From Cyanobacteria bacterium P01_A01_bin.123 (GTDB lineage Bacteria; Cyanobacteriota; Cyanobacteriia; Phormidesmidales; Phormidesmidaceae), in assembly GCA_039815185.1 (NCBI GenBank), contig JBCBZT010000045.1:1-62859 (forward strand): a stretch of DNA of 62,859 bases, written 5' to 3'. This document shows, in pieces, positions 1 through 9,633 of this stretch; position 1 is the stretch's first letter, and each line of letters opens with the position of its first letter. The notes below the pieces were generated by a model. The model was not told the DNA's origin, did not search any database, and saw nothing but the letters and a program-made list of their open reading frames with translations. A program made the translations under genes and the position numbers.

Positions 1-136
1 ACCCTCCCTCGCGGGAACGCCCTTGCCTTAAGCTAGTCGTTGTTGTCTCTCGGCTCCTATGATTTTCGAGCATTTGGACACTGGTTCTCCGACAGGGGAC
101 TTGCACCCCATTAGTTCACGCCCGTGCCGGGCGTAC
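1..136 (-). mobile_element. Group IIC intron, 5' end (domain I start), continuing beyond the left edge; inserted in an attC site
   Basis: Minus strand reads GTACGCCCGGCACGGGCGTGAACTAATGGGGTGCAAGTCCCC...GCTTAAGGCAAGGG, matching the class C intron 5' signature (GUGYGCCCGGCAUGG...GGUGNAAGUCCC). The 5' exon on the minus strand ends in TTGT, the IIC-attC target. Confidence 0.85.
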
Positions 137-206
137 ACAAGCGCATGCAGACGGACATTTTCACTCGCTACGCTCCTGAAAACGCCGCTGATGCGGAGAG
201 TTATGC
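137..206 (+). other. attC site interrupted by the intron (R'' split, ACAA remains)
   Basis: ACAAG-CGCAT(G)CAGACGG...CCGCTGATGCG-GAGA-GTTATGC: paired arms with an extrahelical G and a GTTRRRY R' box at 200-206. Confidence 0.8.
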
Positions 207-543
207 CGCCACTTTTAACATTCTTCAGAAGCCCCCAAGAAGTAGGGGTAAGCTGTTAAGTGTATAAATTGCATGATTTTCACTCTGAAGTCCTTTCCAC
301 AAGTGAGATCGATTGGAGCTTTAGATGCTGATAGCTCGCTTACTGTGAAAAGTTTTATATATTATGGTTCGTTTTCGTCATAGGGCAATCAACAAGGGTG
401 TTCTTGAGTTATTTAGACCGATGTTTTCGCAATACTATCTTGTATTAGGTAACCAAAGTTGAAGCGGGTCATGGTAGTCAACAATAAGATGGCAATCATA
501 CTTATGCTCTTACATTGCGGATGACTGAGGAGAGATCACTTTT

Positions 544-1122
544 ATGACTACAACTACTTTGATTGCCGAATTTTTAATATCTGGACTTATTATTATAGTA
601 ACAATCTTCTTCACCTCTCTCTCAATTCTAGGAATTCATGACCTGAGGTTTTTGATTGAGCTTAAGGATCTATCTACGATGATTATTTTGCTGATATCTG
701 CTGTGGCATATTTCTTAGGAGTACTGCTTCAAAGACTGATTTCTCCACGAGTGGTATTTAATAAACTTTGTCAGATCAGCCTACTAAAGAAATCACTACT
801 GAAACCAGGTGGACAATGGACACCTGAACATGGTGAAGCATTTTACACAGTTCTACAATATGGTTCTGAGCATTTGATCACGCGGGTTCAGTATAAACAG
901 AGTATGACTCGTTTAATTACGGCTGCAACAATTACCCTACCATTTTTAGGAGTTAGTCTAATAGCTTGGTTGTTTACTGGCTATGGTTGGCGATCTGGCT
1001 TACTATCACTCATAGCCTTTACTGTAATTTGGGTGTTAACCATAATTGCCAGTTTTCAAGCACATATGAGTTTCAATCGGATAATACTCTATTCGAGGCA
1101 AGCAATTCAAAATAAGATTTGA
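544..1122 (+). CDS. Hypothetical membrane protein (about 4 TM), integron cassette ORF
   Basis: 192-aa AT-rich ORF with four hydrophobic segments. It lies between GTTATGCCGC (200-209) and its exact reverse complement GCGGCATAAC (1147-1156). Confidence 0.75.
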   Translation: MTTTTLIAEFLISGLIIIVTIFFTSLSILGIHDLRFLIELKDLSTMIILLISAVAYFLGVLLQRLISPRVVFNKLCQISLLKKSLLKPGGQWTPEHGEAFYTVLQYGSEHLITRVQYKQSMTRLITAATITLPFLGVSLIAWLFTGYGWRSGLLSLIAFTVIWVLTIIASFQAHMSFNRIILYSRQAIQNKI

Positions 1123-1149
1123 AAGGTAAAGATGACTGAGGACTAAGCG

Positions 1150-1235
1150 GCATAACAATTCCAATGCACCGAACAAAGTCCAGTGATCAGTAAGTTATAG
1201 AGGCCTTCTGTGTCCGATGATTGGAAACGTTATAC
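1150..1235 (+). other. attC site
   Basis: GCATAAC-AATT-CCAAT(G)CA...TGATTGG-AAAC-GTTATAC, 86 bp, with R'', L'', L' and R' boxes and an extrahelical G. Confidence 0.85.
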
Positions 1236-1251
1236 GCTTTGACTTTATTGT

Positions 1252-1599
1252 ATGGCAGCACTTCTTCACATCATTTCAAAACAAGAGGCCGAAACTGCAA
1301 AAGCCTCTGGCGTTTACAAACCTAATAGTTTGAATAGTGAAGGATTCATTCATTGTTCGTACCCAAAGCAAGTGTGTCGTGTTGCAAATTATCTCTTTAA
1401 AGGAAGCGCTGACCTAGTTTTACTCGAAATAGACAAAACTCAGCTCACTTGTGAAGTTATTGATGAAGACCTTTATGAAAGTGGTGAATTGTTTCCTCAT
1501 ATCTATGGTGAATTACCTTGGAAAGCAGTAATTGCTGTACACGATTTTCCGTGTAGCAATAATGGGGAGTTCAAATTGCCAGTGTCGGTCAGAGTATAA
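1252..1599 (+). CDS. DUF952 family protein, integron cassette ORF
   Basis: EGFIHCS and FPHIYG motifs. The stop codon lies inside the R'' box GTATAAC, which complements GTTATAC at 1229. Confidence 0.85.
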   Translation: MAALLHIISKQEAETAKASGVYKPNSLNSEGFIHCSYPKQVCRVANYLFKGSADLVLLEIDKTQLTCEVIDEDLYESGELFPHIYGELPWKAVIAVHDFPCSNNGEFKLPVSVRV

Positions 1600-1657
1600 C
1601 TAAGCGCTGCAAGGGACGCCGACTCATGCAGTTCAAAATCTAGAGTAGGAGTTAGAT
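1594..1657 (+). other. Truncated or degenerate attC (left half only)
   Basis: GTATAAC-TAA-GCGCT(G)CAAGGGACG is a typical left arm. No matching right arm is visible. Confidence 0.5.
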
Positions 1658-1668
1658 CGCACACCATT

Positions 1669-1699
1669 GTAGGCTGGGTTGACGCAAGGAAACTCAGCA
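1669..1699 (+). repeat. GTAG-type REP-like hairpin
   Basis: GTAG-GCTGGGTT-GACGCAAGGA-AACTCAGC, an imperfect palindrome preceded by GTAG. Confidence 0.5.
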
Positions 1700-1748
1700 T
1701 TACCTTCTGCTCAAAACTGTTACTGTTTCTCCCATATCTGCGATCGCC

Positions 1749-1836
1749 GCCTAACTATCCGGTTGCACCCGATGGAGTACAGTTGATCAGCCAGTATAGT
1801 GAGATAATCTCCCACGGGTGAACCGGGGCGTCAACC
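1749..1836 (+). other. attC site with degenerate R' (GTC instead of GTT)
   Basis: GCCTAAC-TAT-CCGGTT(G)CACCCG...CGGGTG-AACCGG-GGC-GTCAACC. Confidence 0.65.
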
Positions 1837-2147
1837 CCCCGAGTTGAATGAAGTAAACCTCGGATATCGTTGAGTTAGCGATCGCTTCAAATAGTGGCAC
1901 AGGCGAAGCATCTTAGCGTTGCCTCGCCGGGCGGTTTCAGCCTTTCAGGTGGAGACATCGATTAAACCCGACTTAGCCATTGGCTAAGTCAGGAGTGTCA
2001 GCGACAATGGGTGAACTGACCCTCCTTTTGGGCAAAATGCAGTAGAAAAGTTGATTGCATTATCGAAAGGCTTCACTCCAATCAGTAAATAGACTGAAAG
2101 GAGTGAGCGGACAATAGAAGCTATCCCAATCGACACGACAGTACAAC

Positions 2148-5100
2148 ATGGGACAGGTTGGGCAAATTACCTATCAAGTTGGCGGTAGCTTAGCCAGTCA
2201 TGCAACGAGCTACATTCAGCGGCAAGCAGACACAGCACTTTATGATGCGCTCGCGAGGGGGGAATTATGCTATGTGCTGAATGCTCGTCAGATGGGCAAG
2301 TCATCATTACTAGTACAAACCAAACATCGATTGCAGCAGGTGGGCTATCGATGTTGCGTCATCGATATTACCAACATTGGCAGTGAAAACATTACCCCAT
2401 CGCAGTGGTATACCGGCTTGATTCACGATCTCTGGCGCGGGTTTAAGCTATTGCGGCAGATCAAATTATCTGAATGGAAAGCTGAAGAAAACTCGTTCTC
2501 CTTGCTCCACCGACTCAGTCACTTCATTGGGAATGTGCTACTCCAACAATTTCCCGATGACCCGTTGGTGATTTTCATTGATGAGATTGATAGTATCCTC
2601 AGTCTGCCGTTCTCAGTCGATGACTTCTTTGCCCTAATTCGATTTTGCTACAACCAGCGGGCGATCAATCCAGACTATGAGCGGCTCAATTTTGCTCTGT
2701 TTGGCGTGGCCACGCCCTCCGATCTGATTCGCGATCGCAGCCGTACCCCCTTTAACATCGGTTGCCCTATCGACCTCAGAGGCTTCACCTTAGCAGAAGC
2801 AAAGCCGCTGGCCCAGGGACTCACCCTTGAACAAGGCAACCCAGACGCTGTCCTAAAAGCTGTTCTAGACTGGACTGGGGGACAACCTTTTCTCACCCAA
2901 AAACTGTGTCAGCTGATCGTCGAACAGGGGCAACAAACCGCCCATGGCCAGTTGATCATCCCCCCTGGCAACGAAGCCTTTTGGATCGATAGCCTGGTGC
3001 GCGATCGCCTACTGAAAAACTGGGAATCAAAAGACGAACCGGAGCACCTACGCACCATTCGAAATCGGATTTTGAACAATCCCGATAAATCTGGCCGACT
3101 CCTAGGGATTTATCAGCAGGTTTTAGAAAGTGATCGCGGAGATATATCAACTTCCCTCCCTTCCGCCTTGTCCCACTCTCCCCCGGAATCCCTCACTCCA
3201 CTAACACTCACAACCGCCGACGATTCCCCCGAACAAACCGATCTCCTCCTCTCCGGTCTGGTCGTCAGGGAGGGCAATGTCCTGCGGTTGAAGAATCCTA
3301 TCTATGCCGAGGTGTTTAATGCCGATTGGGTAGCCCAGCAGCTAAGTCATTTGCGGCCCTACTCACAATTGTTGAAGCGTTGGATGGCTTCTGGAAAATC
3401 CGATGAGTCTCGACTTTTACGGGGACGGGCCTTGCTGGATGCTCAGCAATGGTCTCAGGGAAAACAGCTAAGTGACCTGGACTACCAGTATTTAGCGGCA
3501 TCGGTGGAGTGCGATCGCCAAGCGGTTCAACAAACTGTGGCTGCAGAACGGCTCCAAGTGCAGCTCCAGCAAGAACAAAAAACCGCCAAACTCCAGCGAC
3601 GTTTTTTAGGGGCGGTGAGTGCAGGGTTACTCACCGCATTGGGGTTTGGGTTATTTACGGTGCAGCAATCGCGTCAGGTTCGCATCAGTGAAGTCGAGGC
3701 ATTAACAACCGCCGCCGAAGGCAGCTTTGATTCCCATCGGCAGTTAGAGGCGCTGCATCAAGTGATTCAAGCTGAGGTCAAATTGAGCCACCTAATGGCC
3801 CCACCGCAAGATGTAGAGCGGCGGGTTGAGACAGTAATGCGACGGCTGATTGATGGCACCCATGCGATCAATCGGCTGGATTTGGGGGCAGGCGTCCAAG
3901 CGATGGCCGTCGATCCGACAGGTGAATTGATTGCAGTCGTGACGGTGGATGGGGTTTTGAGCTGGTGGCAACCGGACGGGCAGCCGGATGAGGAGGTTGC
4001 CGTTACCCCCCAAGGAAGCGTGACTGATGTGGCTTTTAGCCCGGATGGTAACCAGATCGCGATCGCCTTGGGGAATCAAACCATCGAGATCTGGCAACCC
4101 GACGGCACCCTGACAAACACCCTGACCGGGCTACCCGAGGATTTACGCCACCTGGAATTTAGCCCGGATGGTCAACGCTTGCTGGTGAATGCAGAGGCTC
4201 GCGGGGCATATCTGCTGAAGCTGGATGGTACCCGCCTCAAACAATGGGACAACGCCAATCCTATCGCTTTTAGCCCCAGTAGTGACTTGATCGTGACGGC
4301 AAAAATGCCCTCGCTACAGAACTTAAGCCAAAATGATAGACGTCCTTCTCCCAGAGACGTGCAGCTCACGCCAAACGCCGCTGTTGATCCGAGCAAGCAA
4401 TCGCCACCAGCCGAGGCCCCGCCCAACATAGTCATATGGGATGCGATGGGAAATCCCATCAACGCTTTCCACACGGGTTTTAGTCCAACGTTTGCCTTAG
4501 CGGTTAGCCCTGGGGGGCAGTTCATTGCGCTGGCCAGGATAGATGGCAAGGTAGAACTCTGGACGCCAGATGGGAAACTGGCCAAAACTTTCTACGGTGA
4601 ACAAGGTAAGGTGCAGGCTATTACCTTTAGCCCAGATGGCCAGTTGATGGCAACAGCCAACAGTGACGGCACAGTCTACCTGTGGCAAACCCAAGGCGGT
4701 TTACTCAAAACCTTTTCAGGCCATCAAGCAACGACTCGGCATCTCGCGTTTAGCCCAGATGGGCAATGGTTAGCCTCCGCTTCAGACGATGGCACCGTCA
4801 GACTTTGGCATCCCCAGCAACCCCTCCAAGAAACCCTGGCAGCCCATACTGATCTGATTGTGGGGCTGGCCTTCACCCCAGATAATCAACAACTCCTGTC
4901 TTTCTCTGTCGATCAGTGGATGAAGATCTGGCAGCGGAACGAAACCAAAGCTTTTCAGGCAGTGCCGATTCAGAATCAGGTGACCCGCATCTTCCATTTC
5001 GGCTTGGCCGTTAGCCCAGATGGCCAGACAATTGCTAAATTTTTACGCGGAGATCAGATCGAGTTGATGGGGGCAGACGGCAAGGTTTTTCAAACGTTGG

Positions 5101-5816
5101 CAACTGGGCGGGTCCACGGGGCAGCGTTTAGTCAGGATGGTCAGCGTTTAGTCACGGGGGGCAGCGATCGCACCGCCAAAATCTGGTCACGTCAGCAGAA
5201 TGGCCTATTCGCAACTCAGCCGAGTCAGGTGTTGACCGGGCATGAAGCCAGGGTCAACCGTGTAGCCCTGAGCCCCGATGACGATTTGATCGCGACGGGT
5301 TCAGCAGACAATAGCATCAAGCTCTGGCGCAATCACCAACTCGTCACCACACTCATCGGACACCAAGCTGAGATCACCCACCTGGCCTTTAGCCCCGATG
5401 GCAACTGGCTGGCTTCTGGCGCTGCTGACAATACGATTAAACTTTGGCGACCCGACGGTACCCTCGTCCAAACCTTGGAGGGCCACAGTGCCGCGATCGC
5501 GTCCCTAGCCTTTAGCCCCGACAGCCAACGCTTAGCCTCTGGCTCAATCGACAGCACAGTCAAAGTTTGGCAACCCAACCACCCGAACCCATTGTTGAGG
5601 ACCCTAACGGGCCATCAGGGCTATTTATCCACCGTTGCCTTTAGTCCCGATGGTCAGTTAATCGCCTCCGCTGGGATTGATCGCAAGATCATCCTTTGGC
5701 ATCTCAATGAGATTTTGCAGATGAACGAACTGGACTATGCCTGCCAATGGCTGGAGAATTATTTACACTATAGTCCAGCGGTGATAGAGCGCGCTCGCCA
5801 GTTATGTGCAAAGTAA
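2148..5816 (+). CDS. AAA_35 (STAND-like) ATPase with TM segment and C-terminal WD40 repeats
   Basis: YQVGGSL start, Walker A RQMGKSS, Walker B IFIDE, WTGGQPFLTQ, a TM segment, then many GH...AFSPDG...W repeats. Confidence 0.92.
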   Translation: MGQVGQITYQVGGSLASHATSYIQRQADTALYDALARGELCYVLNARQMGKSSLLVQTKHRLQQVGYRCCVIDITNIGSENITPSQWYTGLIHDLWRGFKLLRQIKLSEWKAEENSFSLLHRLSHFIGNVLLQQFPDDPLVIFIDEIDSILSLPFSVDDFFALIRFCYNQRAINPDYERLNFALFGVATPSDLIRDRSRTPFNIGCPIDLRGFTLAEAKPLAQGLTLEQGNPDAVLKAVLDWTGGQPFLTQKLCQLIVEQGQQTAHGQLIIPPGNEAFWIDSLVRDRLLKNWESKDEPEHLRTIRNRILNNPDKSGRLLGIYQQVLESDRGDISTSLPSALSHSPPESLTPLTLTTADDSPEQTDLLLSGLVVREGNVLRLKNPIYAEVFNADWVAQQLSHLRPYSQLLKRWMASGKSDESRLLRGRALLDAQQWSQGKQLSDLDYQYLAASVECDRQAVQQTVAAERLQVQLQQEQKTAKLQRRFLGAVSAGLLTALGFGLFTVQQSRQVRISEVEALTTAAEGSFDSHRQLEALHQVIQAEVKLSHLMAPPQDVERRVETVMRRLIDGTHAINRLDLGAGVQAMAVDPTGELIAVVTVDGVLSWWQPDGQPDEEVAVTPQGSVTDVAFSPDGNQIAIALGNQTIEIWQPDGTLTNTLTGLPEDLRHLEFSPDGQRLLVNAEARGAYLLKLDGTRLKQWDNANPIAFSPSSDLIVTAKMPSLQNLSQNDRRPSPRDVQLTPNAAVDPSKQSPPAEAPPNIVIWDAMGNPINAFHTGFSPTFALAVSPGGQFIALARIDGKVELWTPDGKLAKTFYGEQGKVQAITFSPDGQLMATANSDGTVYLWQTQGGLLKTFSGHQATTRHLAFSPDGQWLASASDDGTVRLWHPQQPLQETLAAHTDLIVGLAFTPDNQQLLSFSVDQWMKIWQRNETKAFQAVPIQNQVTRIFHFGLAVSPDGQTIAKFLRGDQIELMGADGKVFQTLATGRVHGAAFSQDGQRLVTGGSDRTAKIWSRQQNGLFATQPSQVLTGHEARVNRVALSPDDDLIATGSADNSIKLWRNHQLVTTLIGHQAEITHLAFSPDGNWLASGAADNTIKLWRPDGTLVQTLEGHSAAIASLAFSPDSQRLASGSIDSTVKVWQPNHPNPLLRTLTGHQGYLSTVAFSPDGQLIASAGIDRKIILWHLNEILQMNELDYACQWLENYLHYSPAVIERARQLCAK

Positions 5817-5829
5817 GTGGAGCGTGCCG

Positions 5830-7443
5830 TTAAGCACAGGGTGCAATTGGGGCTGGCTGGGAATTCACAATAACGCGATTACGGCCTAGATGCTTAGCCT
5901 GATAAAGTGCTTCGTCAGCAGCAGCAATCAGGCTTTCAGGCGAACGGTGAGGTTGTGGCGTGATGCTCGCAACACCCAAACTGGCGGTGACGACTTTAGT
6001 CGCAACCAGAGAGGTGACATGGGCAATTTTTAGCGCTGCAATGTTCTCTAAAAGCCTATAGGCAAGTTGTTGCGTGCCGTAGAGATCTGTCGTCGGCAAG
6101 AGCACTGCAAACTCTTCGCCCCCATAGCGCGCCACCAAATGGTTTGGGTTTTTCAAGCTACCGCGCAGGGTACGGGCTATTTGCTGCAAACAGCGATCGC
6201 CCGCAGGATGTCCGTAGGTGTCGTTGTAACCCTTAAAGTAATCGACATCGAACAAAATTAACGACAGTGGTAATCTCCTTGCCGCCAATCGTTGCCATTC
6301 CGCAGCGAGACGCTCATCAAAATAACGACGATTGGCAATGCCGGTGAGACTATCGAGATTGACTAAGGTTTTGAGCTGGGCATTTTCTTGCTCAAGCTGC
6401 TGCAAACGGGGGGTGGGTAGGTTGCGGATCAAAGCTTGTGTGGCAAAGTACTGGCGATATAGATTGCACGCAGAGACACCGCGATTGCCAACTAGCCTCA
6501 CTAAGCCTAGACTAGCCAATTGGTAAGCCGGTATCGCATCGATTTCAACGGCACTTGGGCTGGTAACGACTTGCTTTAAAGCGCTTGCCAATCGAGGTTG
6601 CTGGATAACGCGATCTAGCTGACTGCGCAAATGGTGGCTGTACACCCCAGATTGGGTTGGCGCTGTTTTTAACAGTTGGGCCAAGGAGCACTGACTGTGT
6701 TGGAGATGATAAAACGCGAGTGAGAGCAGATAGGGATGTCCGCCGACCATGGCAGTCAATCGGTCGAACTCGGATTCGCTTAATTGCCTTATGCCATAGT
6801 GCTGTGCCAGGGCTTGAATCTGCTGATGATCGAAGGGGTCTAACTGAATCGGCACCCCCACATTGAACGGCGACTGATGAATGCTTAAGGGCACATAAAC
6901 TTCGGTGGAGTGAGCTACCACCATTCGTAGCTTTTGAAAGCAGGCCAGATGTTTGGCTTGTTCGTGCCAGTATCGCAGCAGTGGAAAGAAATCCTTAGCA
7001 ATCTCAGGGTGTTCAAAAACTTGATTGACTTCATCGAAGGCAATGACGATGGGGGTCTCAATTTGATCTAGCAAATAGGCTTCAAAATAAAAGGTGCAGC
7101 TGATTTTGTCACCAATGTCGTCATCCCAGTAGTGATCTAACTCAATCGGTAAGTGAAGCTGACGAGAAACCGTAGCACAAAACCAGCGCAAAAACTTTGA
7201 CAGACTGCCGTAGACAGCCGTATCGGCCGCTTGAAAGTCGATGGAAACAGTTCGGTATTTCTGAGTTCGCGCCTGGGCTAATAACCTCAGCAAGAGGGAA
7301 CTTTTACCCATCTGTCGCGGGGCTTTAATCCGGGTAATGCTGCCTGGCTGTTTGATATTGTCGTAGGCCAGGGTTTCCAAAGGGGGCCGTTGAATGTAAT
7401 AGGGAGAGTTTAACGGTAATGTACCGGAGGGGAATGCCGACAT
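5830..7443 (-). CDS. AAA_35 ATPase-GGDEF diguanylate cyclase fusion
   Basis: APRQMGKSS, IAFDE and GGHPYL, followed by DSLTGIANRR and RYGGEEF. Confidence 0.92.
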   Translation of the reverse strand: MSAFPSGTLPLNSPYYIQRPPLETLAYDNIKQPGSITRIKAPRQMGKSSLLLRLLAQARTQKYRTVSIDFQAADTAVYGSLSKFLRWFCATVSRQLHLPIELDHYWDDDIGDKISCTFYFEAYLLDQIETPIVIAFDEVNQVFEHPEIAKDFFPLLRYWHEQAKHLACFQKLRMVVAHSTEVYVPLSIHQSPFNVGVPIQLDPFDHQQIQALAQHYGIRQLSESEFDRLTAMVGGHPYLLSLAFYHLQHSQCSLAQLLKTAPTQSGVYSHHLRSQLDRVIQQPRLASALKQVVTSPSAVEIDAIPAYQLASLGLVRLVGNRGVSACNLYRQYFATQALIRNLPTPRLQQLEQENAQLKTLVNLDSLTGIANRRYFDERLAAEWQRLAARRLPLSLILFDVDYFKGYNDTYGHPAGDRCLQQIARTLRGSLKNPNHLVARYGGEEFAVLLPTTDLYGTQQLAYRLLENIAALKIAHVTSLVATKVVTASLGVASITPQPHRSPESLIAAADEALYQAKHLGRNRVIVNSQPAPIAPCA

Positions 7444-7559
7444 TACACCTCATTAGGAGAAGTTTTCATTAATGCAAATTTATGGTTCCCAATTTCTACG
7501 GATTTTGACTAGGTATATTTACAGATCTGTGATCTTGATCACGATTAGGTCAGCTTTTC

Positions 7560-7599
7560 CCATTGGATCTTAGATCCCGTCCGCCTCAAGATCCAATGG
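7560..7599. terminator. Stem-loop downstream of the TIGR03032 gene (terminator or stabiliser)
   Basis: CCATTGGATCTT...AAGATCCAATGG, a perfect 12-bp stem. Confidence 0.45.
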
Positions 7600-7671
7600 C
7601 TCTCCTGAGCGATCAGCTCAAGCGTCTTTCCTTGTCAGGGCACAAGATTTCAAATCGGATACAAGTGAGGG

Positions 7672-8805
7672 TTACCCGCTTGATTTGTGGGTAGGTTGCA
7701 GACAGGTAAAATCTACTTCTGCCAGTGCTTCATCCGGCAACACAAAAGAATTGCCCAATAAGGCTTCGTCCCACTCGATGAGCTCGGGGAAACGAATACC
7801 GGGTAACACTGATACCGCAAAGATCTCTTGCACAGCGTCTTCAAACTTGAGAAAAGCGATCGCTTCAGCGGTTTCAATATTGATCACCCAGACCCCGCAG
7901 ATCCGCTCTTGCAACCGCTCGGTAATTGGAATCCCACTAAACACCGCCGTTTCTCTCACCTGAGACAGTCCAACAAATGCCAGTGGCCCCCAAAAGTCTA
8001 ATCCTCGGGTAAACCCGGGCAACTGCACCACGGTATGCAATTGACCCGTGGCTAAATCAACCGTGGCTAAACTACCCTGGCCAGATTCTAAAACCCAGAG
8101 TTGGTCGCGATACCACCGGGGTGAATGGGGCATCGAGAGCCCTTGAACCAAAATTTGATGAGTGGTGGTATCCATTAAAATGCCACCGTTGGCCTTATTC
8201 TCTCGCCAACCGTTGGCCGTATCGGTCATACCTAGGGCCGTAACATAGCGAGGAACATGGTCTCTAATGCCTAAGCCATTTAAGTGGCAGCGATCGCTTA
8301 GATCATAGGCACTAATAAACGGGGGCCGCCAACGGGGTACAAAGCTGTTTTTCTGATCTGAAGTGCATAGACAGGAGAAACGAGTATTCACAAACCACAA
8401 TTCATCGCCAATGTAGGCCATTTCGTGGATGTCGATATTGCCTGTCACGTGGCGATCGCGCGGTAGATAACAGCCATCATGTTTACCGGGTGGGTCAAGC
8501 TTTTCGGCCACCGCTGGCACGTTACGGAACTCCCAAATTTGATAGGCGGTGCCTAGGGCTAGCTTTTCAAGATCGGCGGCTACTCCCATAGGCTGATTAA
8601 ACACGCGGAAGTGGGTGTTAAGTTCCTCACCATCAGCCCGCACCACGATCAGTTTGCCTGCCTGGTAAGTCGACACCACGAGAGAAATGCCGCACTGATT
8701 CAAAATCTCGGTCAGATTTTGGGTGTGCACACTCCGCAACGGTTGGAGGCCATTAGGGGAAGAATGAGGCGATGGGGGGGAATTCATGGCGGAGCAATAG
8801 AACAA
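7672..8805 (-). CDS. TIGR03032 / DUF4915 family protein
   Basis: STYQAGKL, TGNIDIHE, VNTRFSCLC, DRCHLNG and SMPHSPRW motifs. Start probably at the MNSPP Met. Confidence 0.9.
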   Translation of the reverse strand: MFYCSAMNSPPSPHSSPNGLQPLRSVHTQNLTEILNQCGISLVVSTYQAGKLIVVRADGEELNTHFRVFNQPMGVAADLEKLALGTAYQIWEFRNVPAVAEKLDPPGKHDGCYLPRDRHVTGNIDIHEMAYIGDELWFVNTRFSCLCTSDQKNSFVPRWRPPFISAYDLSDRCHLNGLGIRDHVPRYVTALGMTDTANGWRENKANGGILMDTTTHQILVQGLSMPHSPRWYRDQLWVLESGQGSLATVDLATGQLHTVVQLPGFTRGLDFWGPLAFVGLSQVRETAVFSGIPITERLQERICGVWVINIETAEAIAFLKFEDAVQEIFAVSVLPGIRFPELIEWDEALLGNSFVLPDEALAEVDFTCLQPTHKSSG

Positions 8806-8973
8806 TTTATTTTTGGAATTACGCTCAGATGGCTCAATCTTTCAATCTCAATCTTTCAATCACGATCTCCAAAAAATGAAATCGGATTATCCTGTCTAGC
8901 TATTCTGAGGTAATAGAATAGCGGTAGACAAGATAGCTCTCTCGATTCAAATCAACGCTGTAGGACTTCGTAG

Positions 8974-9612
8974 ATGGTTCAAAGTATTGCCATCAGCAAC
9001 TTGACTCTGCCTGAATTGGCGGAAGCGAGAAACCTCAGACTAACAAGCGATCCACGCTTTTTCTCAGAGTGGCAGACAGAGTTACCCGAGCTGAGCCCTG
9101 AAGAAACCCACTATCTAGATCAGGTACAACAGGAGTATTTCGATCAAACCCGCAGTGGTTCCATTTCTGAGGGATTGATCAAACTCATCGTAGTTTCGCC
9201 GTTGTTACATCTGGCAGGATTTTATCGCCGTCCCTTCGAGGTCAAGCTGGAAGAGTCTGTACAGGTGGAAGTGACCGAAGCCGAGACGCTATGGCGGGGG
9301 CGAATTGATGCACTTGTGATTAAAGATAACTTTTGGGTTTTGGTGGTCGAAGCTAAAAATTCATCATTTGGGATTGATATGGCTATTCCCCAGGCGTTGG
9401 GTTACATGTTGGCAAGTCCTCATCCAGCCCATGCAGCCTATGGCTTGGTCACTAATGGCAGTAGTTTTGCATTTCTCAAGCTGATGCAAAATCCCCAACC
9501 CCGCTATGACGTTTCAGAAATCATGTTGTTGCTCCCTGGCAGAAACGTGTTGTATCGAGTCCTTCAAGGAATGAAGCAGTTGGGAAAATTGATTAATAGA
9601 CCTCTCGCATGA
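8974..9612 (+). CDS. HSDR_N-like PD-(D/E)XK (type I restriction R N-terminal) family protein
   Basis: GRID...VVEAK...QALGYM...YGLVTNG motif set typical of this cyanobacterial family. Confidence 0.8.
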   Translation: MVQSIAISNLTLPELAEARNLRLTSDPRFFSEWQTELPELSPEETHYLDQVQQEYFDQTRSGSISEGLIKLIVVSPLLHLAGFYRRPFEVKLEESVQVEVTEAETLWRGRIDALVIKDNFWVLVVEAKNSSFGIDMAIPQALGYMLASPHPAHAAYGLVTNGSSFAFLKLMQNPQPRYDVSEIMLLLPGRNVLYRVLQGMKQLGKLINRPLA

Positions 9613-9633
9613 ATTGAGGAGGTATTCTGCATA

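Noticed and set aside
59..259. 66-aa ORF
   Set aside because: It overlaps intron RNA antisense and the attC site, so it is a spurious frame.
1806..1836. IS200/IS605 right end (hairpin followed by GTCAA)
   Set aside because: The same bases pair better with 1759-1771 as an attC arm with an extrahelical G, and no tnpA, tnpB or iscB is nearby. Not fully excluded.
3900..5700. Nucleotide repeats TTTAGCCC(A/C/G)GATGG
   Set aside because: They encode the WD40 FSPDG repeats and are not an independent element.
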